This document shows positions 10,891 through 19,966 of a stretch of 56,890 nucleotides of DNA, one piece after another. This stretch comes from Magnetococcales bacterium (GTDB taxonomy: Bacteria; Pseudomonadota; Magnetococcia; Magnetococcales; JADGAQ01), in contig JADGAQ010000005.1 in the NCBI GenBank assembly GCA_015231925.1, positions 1 to 56,890 on the forward strand, written 5' to 3'. The position numbers and the translations under genes are program-made. The notes below the pieces were generated by a model. That model made no database searches. It worked only from the letters and a program-made list of their open reading frames with translations, and was not told where the DNA came from. The number at the start of each line of letters is the position of its first letter. Position 1 is the stretch's first letter.

Positions 10891-11631
10891 CTAGATCAAC
10901 AGACTGCGGTCTTCCGGCAACCAGGTACCGGGTGGCGCATCGTCAGGCTCGCGTTCCCGACGCTGATACAACATCTGCAGGTCCGCCGGATCCATATGTT
11001 GCAAACGGCGAAAGACCCGATTGAGTTCCGGCCGCTCCAGACGCTCGATAGCCCGACTCAAATGGTCGGCCCTCGGCACTTCCCAACGACCGTGCAGACG
11101 TCTTGCCGCCAGGGCCACATTGGGCTGGGAGATACGGGACGGGCAACGCAAGGCACAAACCTGACACTGCACGCAGACAAACGACTCGCGCCCCGCTCCG
11201 TGCAAGTCGCCGCGTTTGATCATGCCGACATAGCCCATGACATCGATGCCCATGGGGCACAGGCGGGTACACTCCCCGCACATGATGCAATGATTGACTT
11301 CAGGATAGAGGTTCACCACCAGGTAGGCGGGAGACTCATTCTCACCGGGAACGACTTCATGGCCCATTTTCTTCTGCGGAAAATAGGGCAACGGCATGAT
11401 TTCCATGCCATCCTTGACCATTTCCTGGCACATCAGCGCCGAGTGGAGTTCCGGCTCGCCTCTCAGGCGATAGAGGATGCCGCACGCCCCGCAAACCCCT
11501 CCACGACAACCCACACCCCGGATGAAGGAGAGCCCGGCCTCTTCCAAAGCCACCAGCACGGTACGTCCTTCGGAAACCCGGAAGGTTTCTCCGTCGTAGA
11601 TCAGCGTGATCCGACTCCCTTGGTTGCTCAT
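10891..11631 (-). CDS. Iron-sulfur subunit paired with the flavoprotein (2Fe-2S + 2x 4Fe-4S type)
   Basis: 246 aa. Plant-ferredoxin-like CRGGVCGACG, then CIMCGECTRLCP and CVQCQVCALRCP clusters. Stop lies 3 nt before the flavoprotein start. Confidence 0.7.
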   Translation of the reverse strand: MSNQGSRITLIYDGETFRVSEGRTVLVALEEAGLSFIRGVGCRGGVCGACGILYRLRGEPELHSALMCQEMVKDGMEIMPLPYFPQKKMGHEVVPGENESPAYLVVNLYPEVNHCIMCGECTRLCPMGIDVMGYVGMIKRGDLHGAGRESFVCVQCQVCALRCPSRISQPNVALAARRLHGRWEVPRADHLSRAIERLERPELNRVFRRLQHMDPADLQMLYQRREREPDDAPPGTWLPEDRSLLI

Positions 11632-11778
11632 GGCCTGTATGTCCCCGCCTGCGAAGGCAGAACCTTTCCGGCAGTCTTCCCGGGTCTATTTCTGAAAATG
11701 ATGGCCGCGCTCTACTCAGGCGAGTGCATTAAAAATAATAAGGGCGCATAAGGCAAGAGCGCTTCTGCATCCGCAGAC

Positions 11779-11815
11779 GAAAAACCTCGCAGCCGGGGAC
11801 TTCGACTGCGAGGTT
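11779..11815 (-). terminator. Candidate Rho-independent terminator
   Basis: Minus strand: aacctcgcag-N13-ctgcgaggtt (10-bp stem) followed by TTTTCG. About 105 nt downstream of the 264-aa ORF stop. Confidence 0.5.
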
Positions 11816-11921
11816 TCGAAAGGAGACCTAAGAGATGAAATCAAGCCATCAGCCTATGTATTTCCTGATCAACTCACCAGAAACAAACAGATAGAAGGCA
11901 TGGAAGGCCACAACCTAAACT

Positions 11922-12716
11922 TCAGACGCAGTCTTCCAAATCTTTAAGCAGTGACTGCGCATTGGAGACCCGATAATTACGCATCGCTTCTCCACACGAT
12001 TTTGCCCGAATATTGGCTGCCTGGTAGTCCTCCAACTCCTGATTAAACACCGGATGTTCGGGTTCTTCATGATAGGATTCAACCAGATGATGCAATTGCC
12101 CGACAAGATTCTTCAGATGCTCAGGCCGGTAGGTGCGCATGAAGTCGGAAAGAAAATCCAACTTCTCATGGCTGAAAGAGTGCTTCTCCCCCATGATGCG
12201 CAGGCACCCTTCCAGAATCGCCTTGGATTTGACATCCCTCCAGGCACGTCTTCTCGCCGTGCAACGCGCCCGCTGATGCCCCCCCGGCGGCACGACCGCC
12301 AGAATCAACTCATTGATTTCCGGTGTAACCGGCGCTTCCAGATTCAGCAGCCGAAGGTAACGCGCCAGAACGACTTCCGGGATCACCAGCCGCGCCGTCT
12401 CGCGCCCCAGATAAACGGGGCAAAAGATCCGTTCCCGAACCATCTGGTGCAACAAATCCAGACGGAATTCAACCAGAATGCCCTCCAGCGGCATGAAGCG
12501 CTCACAGGCCTCCCGATCCGAAATCGCCGGGGTGAACATGCCCGCGAACATGAATTCGATCTCGTAATCTTCCAGGCGGGCCAGACATTGGGTGGTGAAG
12601 CCATCCAGGGGATTGTCCAGATTCAAATAACCCGCCATTTTACTGATGGCGGAGGTTTTCATGCTGCGTGGTCGGGTGAGCTGATTCCGTATTTCCTGAC
12701 GCAGGTCTTCAATCAT
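11922..12716 (-). CDS. Hypothetical protein (264 aa) with no recognisable motif
   Basis: Long ATG-initiated ORF between the PFOR genes and the fumarate-reductase-like genes on the same strand. Codon third positions look coding. I recognise no family. Confidence 0.55.
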   Translation of the reverse strand: MIEDLRQEIRNQLTRPRSMKTSAISKMAGYLNLDNPLDGFTTQCLARLEDYEIEFMFAGMFTPAISDREACERFMPLEGILVEFRLDLLHQMVRERIFCPVYLGRETARLVIPEVVLARYLRLLNLEAPVTPEINELILAVVPPGGHQRARCTARRRAWRDVKSKAILEGCLRIMGEKHSFSHEKLDFLSDFMRTYRPEHLKNLVGQLHHLVESYHEEPEHPVFNQELEDYQAANIRAKSCGEAMRNYRVSNAQSLLKDLEDCV

Positions 12717-12814
12717 TGAAACACGCCTCCTAATTCCTCCAAAGGCTTATTGACGCCCAACACGGTTAGCGCCTTGAGGCTGCGGTCCGAAAACCGCAGC
12801 CTCTTCCAGGCACC

Positions 12815-14443
12815 TCATCCGCGACCAGCTTCCTGCATGGCTTTGACATCCAGGTTTTCCACCCCGGCCAACTCCTGCAGCAATCGCCAGTTATCCAGCC
12901 GATCTTCCTGGGAACGCAACAACACGGCACTGGGCTGCCCATCTTTGCTGAAATGTTTTTGAAACCGCCCTTCGGAACGCGCGAAGGCCAGGAAGTCAAC
13001 CTTGTCCTCCCCTTCCTTGGTCTTACGGAAATGCCAGTCCCGCTTGACGGAAGGATTCCCCTGCAGCGAAAGGCGGGAGGCCAGGGTTCTGCCGGCATCG
13101 GGATTGTAGATAAACACCGGAAAAGCCCGGGATTCCACGGCCAACATGGCTTGCCGGCAGGAGACGTCGTCCGCCACCTGATGCTCCGGCTGGCAGGTGG
13201 TATAAACATTGATCAGAGCCGGTCCCTGAAACTCAAGGGCCTGCTCCACCGCCTTGTAGAAATGGCTGATCATGGGGCCGACCGTTTGGGCCACGAACAC
13301 CCGCGGATGCATCAGGGCAATGTTGGCAATCTCCTTGCGTCGCTCCAGTTTTCCGGCCATGGCGGTGCCGTGGATGGACATCTTGGCATCCTGACCAATG
13401 AAGGTGGCCGTCGATGCTTGACCCCCCGTATTGGAGTAGACCTGGGTGTCCATAACCAGTACCTTGATATTCATCCCGGAGGTCAACATGCGTGACAAAG
13501 CCTGGAATCCAATGTCAAGCATGGCCCCGTCCCCACCGAAGGCCCACAACTGGTAGTTTTCGCGGTCCGTTTGATCCCAGTGGGCGCGAATACCCATGGC
13601 CACGGTCGGCGCGTTTTCGAAAAGGGAGTTGACCCACGGCACCCGATAGGGATTGTAGGGGTAGGTCGAGCCATAAACCGTATTGCATCCCGTCGCCGCC
13701 ACGATGCCATAGTTGGAACCGCACTTCTCATGGGTCATGGCCAACAACTGCCGGATCACCGAGGCCTCGCCACAGCCCATGCAGGACCCGGCCCCTCCGA
13801 CATACTGGTTGGCATCGCCCCGCAGCATGATATCCACCTTGAGGCGGGGATTGATGTACTCCTCGGGCGTATTGGGAGTCCGTTTGTAGAAATCCCAGCA
13901 GGCGAAGTAGTTCGGCAGGTTGTCGCGGGTCTTCTTGATCATCTTGAGGGCGTTGTTGTCCCCACAAGCCACCACGCACTCCCCGCAACCCTTGCATTTG
14001 GTGGGGTCGATGAAGATGCCGAACAGAGCACCTCCCGGTCCCTCCCCTTTTTCCTTCTTCTTCTCGTAGGTCCCCCAAAACTTGGTGGTGCGCACCATCT
14101 GGGTTTTCAGGAGATCCTGATCCCTTTCCGGCATGCCCGCCAGATGCTCTTCGGCAACCGGTTGGGGAAGCACCTTGCCCCAGATGGCCGAATCCGGGCA
14201 GTTCTGCACACACTCCATGCAGGCCACGCAATTCTCGGAGATGTATTCGGGAAGATCCGGGGCGATGTAGGAAAAGTCCCGAAAAGAGCCCGTTCCGGCC
14301 GGAACCGTGGAACAAGCCACGAAGGCATCGGCCGGCTGCCCCGACCCTCTCCCCGAATTATAGGCATCAACCACCGCCCGGGCTCTCTCGGCATCGTACC
14401 ACCGGGGTGTCGCTTCTGCATAAACCTTGACGTGTTCTTTCAT
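12815..14443 (-). CDS. Pyruvate:ferredoxin oxidoreductase-type enzyme, C-terminal half (2x[4Fe-4S] + TPP-binding domains) as a separate subunit
   Basis: CVACMECVQNCP and CKGCGECVVACG ferredoxin motifs, plus the TPP motif GGDGAMLDIGFQAL...DTQVYSNTGGQ. Start set at the ATG at 14443, preceded by GGAGAG. The track start at 14458 is a TTG. Confidence 0.85.
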   Translation of the reverse strand: MKEHVKVYAEATPRWYDAERARAVVDAYNSGRGSGQPADAFVACSTVPAGTGSFRDFSYIAPDLPEYISENCVACMECVQNCPDSAIWGKVLPQPVAEEHLAGMPERDQDLLKTQMVRTTKFWGTYEKKKEKGEGPGGALFGIFIDPTKCKGCGECVVACGDNNALKMIKKTRDNLPNYFACWDFYKRTPNTPEEYINPRLKVDIMLRGDANQYVGGAGSCMGCGEASVIRQLLAMTHEKCGSNYGIVAATGCNTVYGSTYPYNPYRVPWVNSLFENAPTVAMGIRAHWDQTDRENYQLWAFGGDGAMLDIGFQALSRMLTSGMNIKVLVMDTQVYSNTGGQASTATFIGQDAKMSIHGTAMAGKLERRKEIANIALMHPRVFVAQTVGPMISHFYKAVEQALEFQGPALINVYTTCQPEHQVADDVSCRQAMLAVESRAFPVFIYNPDAGRTLASRLSLQGNPSVKRDWHFRKTKEGEDKVDFLAFARSEGRFQKHFSKDGQPSAVLLRSQEDRLDNWRLLQELAGVENLDVKAMQEAGRG

Positions 14444-14513
14444 GTTCGGACTCTCCAACCGGATTCGTTTCGCGAAATTCGCGTCCCTGTTCAGGAAACC
14501 GCGTCCGGTTCAG

Positions 14514-16553
14514 TTAGATAAAGAAGGCATTCACATCCTTGCCCTTGGCATCCCACTCGGCCTTGCCCTGGGCAAGAACCTCGGGAGCGGTGGCAACCAT
14601 GATCTCTCGGGTCACTTCCATGACGCGGTCGTAACCATGGCGGACTGCCTCCAGATTGTCCTTTACGACCCGCTCTCCCCGCTTGCCGAAATACTTTTGC
14701 AGGGGCTTGCGCACCGCTTCAAAAAGAGTCGCCTCGTCCATGCCGGCATTCTCCCGGAAGGGGGTCACTCTCAGGAACACCCCCAGAAGCACCACACCCT
14801 GGAAGCGCTGAATCAACGAGGTGTCACTCAGGCACGCTTCCCGCGCGATGGCGATGGTATCAACCCCGAAGAAGCGCACCCGGTTTTCCACCATGAAGTA
14901 CTTGGCGTAAGCCGGAAGCGATTCCCAGAGTCCTTGAGGCGTGGTTTCATCCGTATGCTGGAAGATGATGCCACCCTCCCCCAGTCCGACCAGGGGATTG
15001 CCCATGAACCAGGTCGTGGGATCCATGAGGGGCACGAAATCGACGTGCTGCAACTCGCAGTGGGTCAGAATCTTGCCCTTGGGGGTGACCGTCAGATAGG
15101 TGTTGGTGGGCAGTCCCTTCTTTTCGGAACCGTACTTCGGAGCCGCCTGCACCTTGAAGGAGAAGATGTCTCCCAGCATGGTGGCGATAACCTTGTTGGT
15201 GGTCACCGAACCGAAACCACCCACCGAATGTCCCCGCACCGAGAAGGAGCCCTTGGGGCGCACATCCGGTTCCTCTTCGAGAGGCAGACTGGTTTCGTGG
15301 TCGATACCCAGGGAGAAGTAGCGCTTGCCCTTCCCCACCCCGGCCATCATGTTGCGAACCACCGCCAGGACATGTCCGGGGGTGACATCGCGGGACCCCA
15401 AACCTCCGCTTCCGGAAAAGACCACCGGCATGCGGCTCATTCCGGGATATCCCGGAAGCCCCATCATCGCCTTGGCCAAGGAGGCTTCCACATCCCGGGT
15501 CAAGGGATTGTCCACCAGGGTGGGAATATCGCAACGCTCGATCACCGCCACGGCCTGGCAATTTTTCAGGGCCTCGACGATCTGCTTCTGGGGGAAAGGC
15601 CGGAAGCAGGTTACCACGACCACTCCCAATTCGACCCCGAGCCGCTCGCGCACCTGATCGATGGCGGAACATGCGGTCTCCGCCAGCGTACCCATGGCCA
15701 CGATGGCGAACTGGGCCTTTTCCATGTTGATCGTATCGACCATGCGGTAGTGTCTGCCCGTCAGGCGATAATACTCCTCCATCGACTCTTCGATGATGCC
15801 GGGGAGCCGGTCGTAGAAGTGGCGCTGCCCGACCTTGCCCTGCATATAGGCGTCCTGGTTTTGCACCACACCCATTTGCAACGGGGTCTTGGGATCGAAC
15901 ATGGCCCGCATCTTCTCACGCGGGTCACCCAGGAACTGCCGGATCAGTTCGTCCTCCGGGAAGTTGAGATTTTCGATGGTATGCGTGCCCAGAAAGCCAT
16001 CCTGAACATTCATGAAGGGGGTCATGCCCGCCTCGGAGGCCCGTCTGCCGATCAGGCAAAGATCCGCCGATGCCTGGACGCTGTGGGCGAACAGGATGCC
16101 CCAACCGCAATCTTCCACACCCATGACATCATCGTGACCGGCGTGGACGTTGAGCGCCTGGGAGGTCAGAGCCCGGGCACCCACATTCAATACCTGGGGA
16201 AGACGTTTTCCGGCAATGGTATAGAGAACCTCCTTCATCAGGATCAGTCCCTGACCGGAGGTGAAGTTGGTCACCCGACCGCCGGCGAGGGCAAATCCTT
16301 CACAGGCGGAGGCGGAGGAGTGTTCCGATTCCAGCTCCATCCAGGCCAGTGACTTCCCCCACACATTGTGGAAGCCGTTGGCTACCGCAACCTGATAGAG
16401 TTGCCCCATGATCGTGGAGGAGGTGATGGGATAGGCAGCCGCCCCATCGGTTGCCCGGGTCTCTACGTAAGAGACTGCGTCGGACCCGTCGCCGGTACCG
16501 GGAATGCCAGGAAAGGGAAACGTCATGTTTGCGTCATTTTTCTGCTTTGTCAT
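14514..16553 (-). CDS. Pyruvate:ferredoxin oxidoreductase-type enzyme, N-terminal half (domains I-III) as a separate subunit
   Basis: 679 aa. YPITSSTIMG, ESEHSSASACEGFALAGGRVTNFTSGQGL and GGFGSVTTNK motifs, typical of NifJ/PFOR domains I-III. Confidence 0.85.
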   Translation of the reverse strand: MTKQKNDANMTFPFPGIPGTGDGSDAVSYVETRATDGAAAYPITSSTIMGQLYQVAVANGFHNVWGKSLAWMELESEHSSASACEGFALAGGRVTNFTSGQGLILMKEVLYTIAGKRLPQVLNVGARALTSQALNVHAGHDDVMGVEDCGWGILFAHSVQASADLCLIGRRASEAGMTPFMNVQDGFLGTHTIENLNFPEDELIRQFLGDPREKMRAMFDPKTPLQMGVVQNQDAYMQGKVGQRHFYDRLPGIIEESMEEYYRLTGRHYRMVDTINMEKAQFAIVAMGTLAETACSAIDQVRERLGVELGVVVVTCFRPFPQKQIVEALKNCQAVAVIERCDIPTLVDNPLTRDVEASLAKAMMGLPGYPGMSRMPVVFSGSGGLGSRDVTPGHVLAVVRNMMAGVGKGKRYFSLGIDHETSLPLEEEPDVRPKGSFSVRGHSVGGFGSVTTNKVIATMLGDIFSFKVQAAPKYGSEKKGLPTNTYLTVTPKGKILTHCELQHVDFVPLMDPTTWFMGNPLVGLGEGGIIFQHTDETTPQGLWESLPAYAKYFMVENRVRFFGVDTIAIAREACLSDTSLIQRFQGVVLLGVFLRVTPFRENAGMDEATLFEAVRKPLQKYFGKRGERVVKDNLEAVRHGYDRVMEVTREIMVATAPEVLAQGKAEWDAKGKDVNAFFI

Positions 16554-16667
16554 CCAAGCAACTCCTTGGTTTCAGTCGGAAACTCCGATCAAGGATTCCG
16601 TTCCTGCGCCGCCTTCAGGTGCCGGGTCCCACCAAACAGAACGTACTTCTCTGCATACTTTCCCTTT

Positions 16668-17285
16668 TCAGTATTCCCGGCGCCAGGCCAAGGCCTGATA
16701 CACCGTCGATTCATCAAGGTATTCCAATTCCCCCCCCATTGGTAATCCATAGGCCAGACGGGTCAGGCGCACGCCACGACTCTGCGCCAGGTGGGCGATG
16801 TAATGCGCGGTTGCCTCTCCGGCAACGGTCGGGTTGGTGGCCAGAATCAGTTCGTCAATCTCTCCCCGATCCAGGCGCACTTCCAAAGCCTGCACATGCA
16901 ACTCCTCCGGCCCAAGACCCTCCAAAGGGCTGAGATGACCTCCCAGAACGTGATAGACCCCCTGGAATATCCCTGCCCTTTCGATGGCCATCAGGTCGCC
17001 CGATTCCTCGACCACACAGACGACCTTGCCATCACGTGTTGGATTGTTACAAACCCAACAAAGTTCCTCTTCCGCCAGGTTGAAGCAGATCCGACAGCTC
17101 CGGACCCGCTCCCCCATCGTCGCCAGCGCCGACACCAGGGTATCGATCTCCCCCCGCCCCTGGCGCAGCAGGTGATGCACCATGCGCTGGGCGCTTTTGC
17201 GACCGACCCCCGGAAAGCGCGACAGCAGCAACGCCACCCGATCCAGGGATGGCAATCCCGGTATCCCCTCCATGCCCCGGGACAT
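16668..17285 (-). CDS. recR: Recombination protein RecR
   Basis: 205 aa. HhH GVGRKSAQRM, Cys4 zinc finger CRICFNLAEEELCWVC and a Toprim region. Confidence 0.95.
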   Translation of the reverse strand: MSRGMEGIPGLPSLDRVALLLSRFPGVGRKSAQRMVHHLLRQGRGEIDTLVSALATMGERVRSCRICFNLAEEELCWVCNNPTRDGKVVCVVEESGDLMAIERAGIFQGVYHVLGGHLSPLEGLGPEELHVQALEVRLDRGEIDELILATNPTVAGEATAHYIAHLAQSRGVRLTRLAYGLPMGGELEYLDESTVYQALAWRREY

Positions 17286-17291
17286 CGGTCG

Positions 17292-17612
17292 CTACATGCC
17301 CAGATCGAGTCCGGGAAGCTTCATGCCACCGGTAACACTGCTCAGTCGTTTCTGGGTCTCTTCCTGAATCTGCCGCATGGCGTCGTGGAAGGCCGCCGCA
17401 ATCAGATCTTCCAGCATCTCCACCTCCTCGGGATTGACCACGGAGGGTTCGATGCGCACCCGTTCCACCTGATTGCGACCGTTGATTTTGACTTCCACCA
17501 TGCCGCCGCCCGCCTGGCCGGTGACCACCATGGCGCCAAGCTCCGCCTGGACCTTGGCCATCTGACCCTGCATCTTTTGGGCTTCTTTCAACAGATTTCC
17601 AAAGTTTTTCAC
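17292..17612 (-). CDS. ybaB: Nucleoid-associated protein YbaB/EbfC
   Basis: 106 aa. NLLKEAQKMQGQMAKVQAEL...GGGMVEVKINGRNQV pattern. GTG start forming a GTGA overlap with the dnaX stop. Confidence 0.9.
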   Translation of the reverse strand: MKNFGNLLKEAQKMQGQMAKVQAELGAMVVTGQAGGGMVEVKINGRNQVERVRIEPSVVNPEEVEMLEDLIAAAFHDAMRQIQEETQKRLSSVTGGMKLPGLDLGM

Positions 17613-19306
17613 AGCTTACCCCCGGATCGAGTGGTGTTATCGGACAAGGGCTCCACTGCCTGCAGAGATCCCCCCAACATCTTTTCCACCATGGCGCTGG
17701 CCGGGCTTTCGGCCACCTTCTGCCGTATTACGTCCCGTCTCTCGCGTTCCTGACGCATTTCCGCTTCGCCAAGGGTTTCGGGTCTGGCTGCGGTTGGGGG
17801 GTCGTTCACCTCGACCCGCCAGTCCTTCACCCGCAGGTCCACCAACAATTGCCGCACCAATTCTTCCAACCGGCGTGGCGTGCCGAAGATGGCATCTTTC
17901 AAACTCAGACGCAGGCAGGCAGCCTTTTTATCGGATTCCAGGGGAAAATCCACACAAAAGACATGTTCCTTCAGTTTGAGCCCCAGGGTGGGATTGACCC
18001 GGAAGGCTGCGGCCACCAGCTCTTCCCAGGAACGCCAGGTTTCGGCAGGCGACTCTTCCCCAACCTCGGGGGCCACGTCGACCGGCCCGGATAACGAAGG
18101 CTTCGCGGGTCGATCCGCTTCTTTCGCCCCCACCGGCGGAGGCGGACGTTGGGTATCCAGCCGGATGATTCCGGGAGGCTCCGCCTCTCCGCGGCTAACC
18201 ACTCTCTCGCCGGGAACCGCCGGATGTCCGCGCAGAAAACTGTCCAAATCGGGAATGGGCCGCAAATAAGCTGCGCGCAAGAGTACCATTTCCAGGGCCT
18301 GATGGGGTACCGGCGTCATGCGCAAATCGCTCACGCCCCGCAACAGCACCTGGTAAACCATCTGCAGATGTTCCAGGCTCACCCCTGCCGCGCTCCGCCT
18401 CTCCCGTTGCAGCAGCAAACTCCTGGAAGCCTGATGAAAGGTTTGCAGCAACTCGCCCAACAACAACTCGGGATCCTGACCGGCTTCGTACATCTCCTGC
18501 AAGGTCCGGAGCAACACCTCCCCGCGCCCGGACAGGATATCCCGGGCCATGCCTTCAATGCATTGGGGATCGGTCAGGCCGAGCAGTTCCCGCACCCCGT
18601 CGAAAGAAACCCCGCCTTCCCCGTGAGCCGCCACCCGGTCCAACAGGGTCAGTCCGTCCCGAACGGAACCGTCCGCCGCGCGAGCCAGGGCGGCAAGAGC
18701 CGGTTCCTCCCAGGCGATGCCTTCCTGATCCAGAATATGGACGAAATGACGTTGCAGCACTTCCCGCGAAACGCGGCGCAGGTCGTAGCGCTGACAGCGA
18801 CTCACGATGGTTGCCGGAATCTTGCGCAATTCGGTGGTGGCAAAAATGAATTTGACGTGAGCCGGCGGCTCCTCCAGGGTCTTCAACAGCGCGTTGAAGG
18901 CCGCCAGGCTCAACATATGCACTTCATCGAGAATATAGATCTTGAAGCGGGAGAGAACCGCACCGTATCGAACCGTTTCCAGAAGCTCCCGCATCTGCTC
19001 CACCCGTGTCCGGGATGCCGCGTCGATCTCCAGAATATCCGGATTGGAACCGGAGAGGGTTTCGCTGCAGGAGGGACAAACCCCGCAGGGGGCATCGGTA
19101 ATGCCGGTTTCGCAGTTCAGGCACATAGCGAGCAGGCGCGCCAGGGTGGTTTTGCCCACACCCCGGATGCCGGTGAACAGAAAAGCGTGGGATAGCCGAC
19201 CGCTGGAGAGGGCGTGTCGCAACGATCTCACGACGGGTTCCTGACCTACCAGGGTATCGAAGGTGCGCGGGCGCCACTTCCGGGCCAGGACCACGTAGGC
19301 GCTCAT
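17609..19306 (-). CDS. dnaX: DNA polymerase III subunit gamma/tau
   Basis: MSAYVVLARKWRPRTFDTLVGQEPVV, Walker A GIRGVGKTT and zinc module CGVCPSC. Start set at the ATG at 19306, 18 codons inside the track ORF. Confidence 0.93.
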   Translation of the reverse strand: MSAYVVLARKWRPRTFDTLVGQEPVVRSLRHALSSGRLSHAFLFTGIRGVGKTTLARLLAMCLNCETGITDAPCGVCPSCSETLSGSNPDILEIDAASRTRVEQMRELLETVRYGAVLSRFKIYILDEVHMLSLAAFNALLKTLEEPPAHVKFIFATTELRKIPATIVSRCQRYDLRRVSREVLQRHFVHILDQEGIAWEEPALAALARAADGSVRDGLTLLDRVAAHGEGGVSFDGVRELLGLTDPQCIEGMARDILSGRGEVLLRTLQEMYEAGQDPELLLGELLQTFHQASRSLLLQRERRSAAGVSLEHLQMVYQVLLRGVSDLRMTPVPHQALEMVLLRAAYLRPIPDLDSFLRGHPAVPGERVVSRGEAEPPGIIRLDTQRPPPPVGAKEADRPAKPSLSGPVDVAPEVGEESPAETWRSWEELVAAAFRVNPTLGLKLKEHVFCVDFPLESDKKAACLRLSLKDAIFGTPRRLEELVRQLLVDLRVKDWRVEVNDPPTAARPETLGEAEMRQERERRDVIRQKVAESPASAMVEKMLGGSLQAVEPLSDNTTRSGGKL

Positions 19307-19436
19307 CTCAACCCCTTCCCTCTGTCGAAACAGCCCTCGTTCGGGGAATCGACGCCCCAACAGAAGCCAGTTTGACGGAGAGTAGCGTGGTGGAGTGCAT
19401 GAGACTGAACGTGAGCCCCAAGGGAGAATGAGGGAA

Positions 19437-19556
19437 GGGGCGGCTCCGGCCAGGAGACTTGCGGCACCCGAAGGATCCCGCTACCGTTGCTGCCTTCCGG
19501 CCCTGGCGGGGTTTGCGGGTCTTCGTCGCGCAAGGCCTGGCCATCAACGCCGCCCG
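19437..19556 (-). ncRNA. ffs: Signal recognition particle RNA (small 4.5S type)
   Basis: Minus strand reads GGCGGC-GUUGAU-GGCCAGG...CCAGGGCC-GGAA-GGCAGCAACGG...CCUGGCC-GGA-GCCGCC. It has the conserved helix-8 GGAA tetraloop with an AGCA loop, and 5'/3' ends that pair (6+7 bp). Classical position upstream of dnaX. Ends are approximate. Confidence 0.7.
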
Positions 19557-19790
19557 CAACGATTATGCGGTTTTCCTGATCGCGCCAGGGCACCGCCTGA
19601 TGAACCTGCCATGATGATCCACTGCCGGGAAGTGACTGAAATCCGCCCGGACTTCTTTTGCAAAGCAGAATATCCGAACTCGCCAACACAAGCAAGGGAT
19701 CCTTTCCTACGGTCCGGCATCTTTCCTTCGACTGCCATCCGCGAGGGCCAGATCCGGCCAACACGCCTCCGCAAGCACCGACCTCGAATA

Positions 19791-19966
19791 ATCCCGTCTC
19801 ATTCATAAATTTCTGCTGCAACCTGACCCGGATCGCGCGCCAGGACAGCGTTGCGCTCGCTCGACGATCCTCACCGTGGATAACGGCCATGGTTCCGCTC
19901 GTCGAGGCGTCGCGCGCTGACGCGCCCTGACCGGTTTCGCGACGAAATTTATGAACAAGACGGGAT
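19791..19966. mobile_element. MITE-like element, copy A (about 176 bp, about 23-bp terminal inverted repeats)
   Basis: Ends atcccgtctcattcataaatttc ... gaaatttatgaacaagacgggat are inverted repeats. The whole element matches the reverse complement of 27046-27226 at roughly 80-85% by eye. No ORF. Confidence 0.8.

Noticed and set aside
17915-17935. Programmed -1 frameshift site in dnaX (gamma/tau)
   Set aside because: Only GAU-AAA-AAG is present, not the A-AAA-AAG heptamer. The -1 frame stays open for more than 100 codons instead of stopping quickly, and no downstream hairpin was noted.
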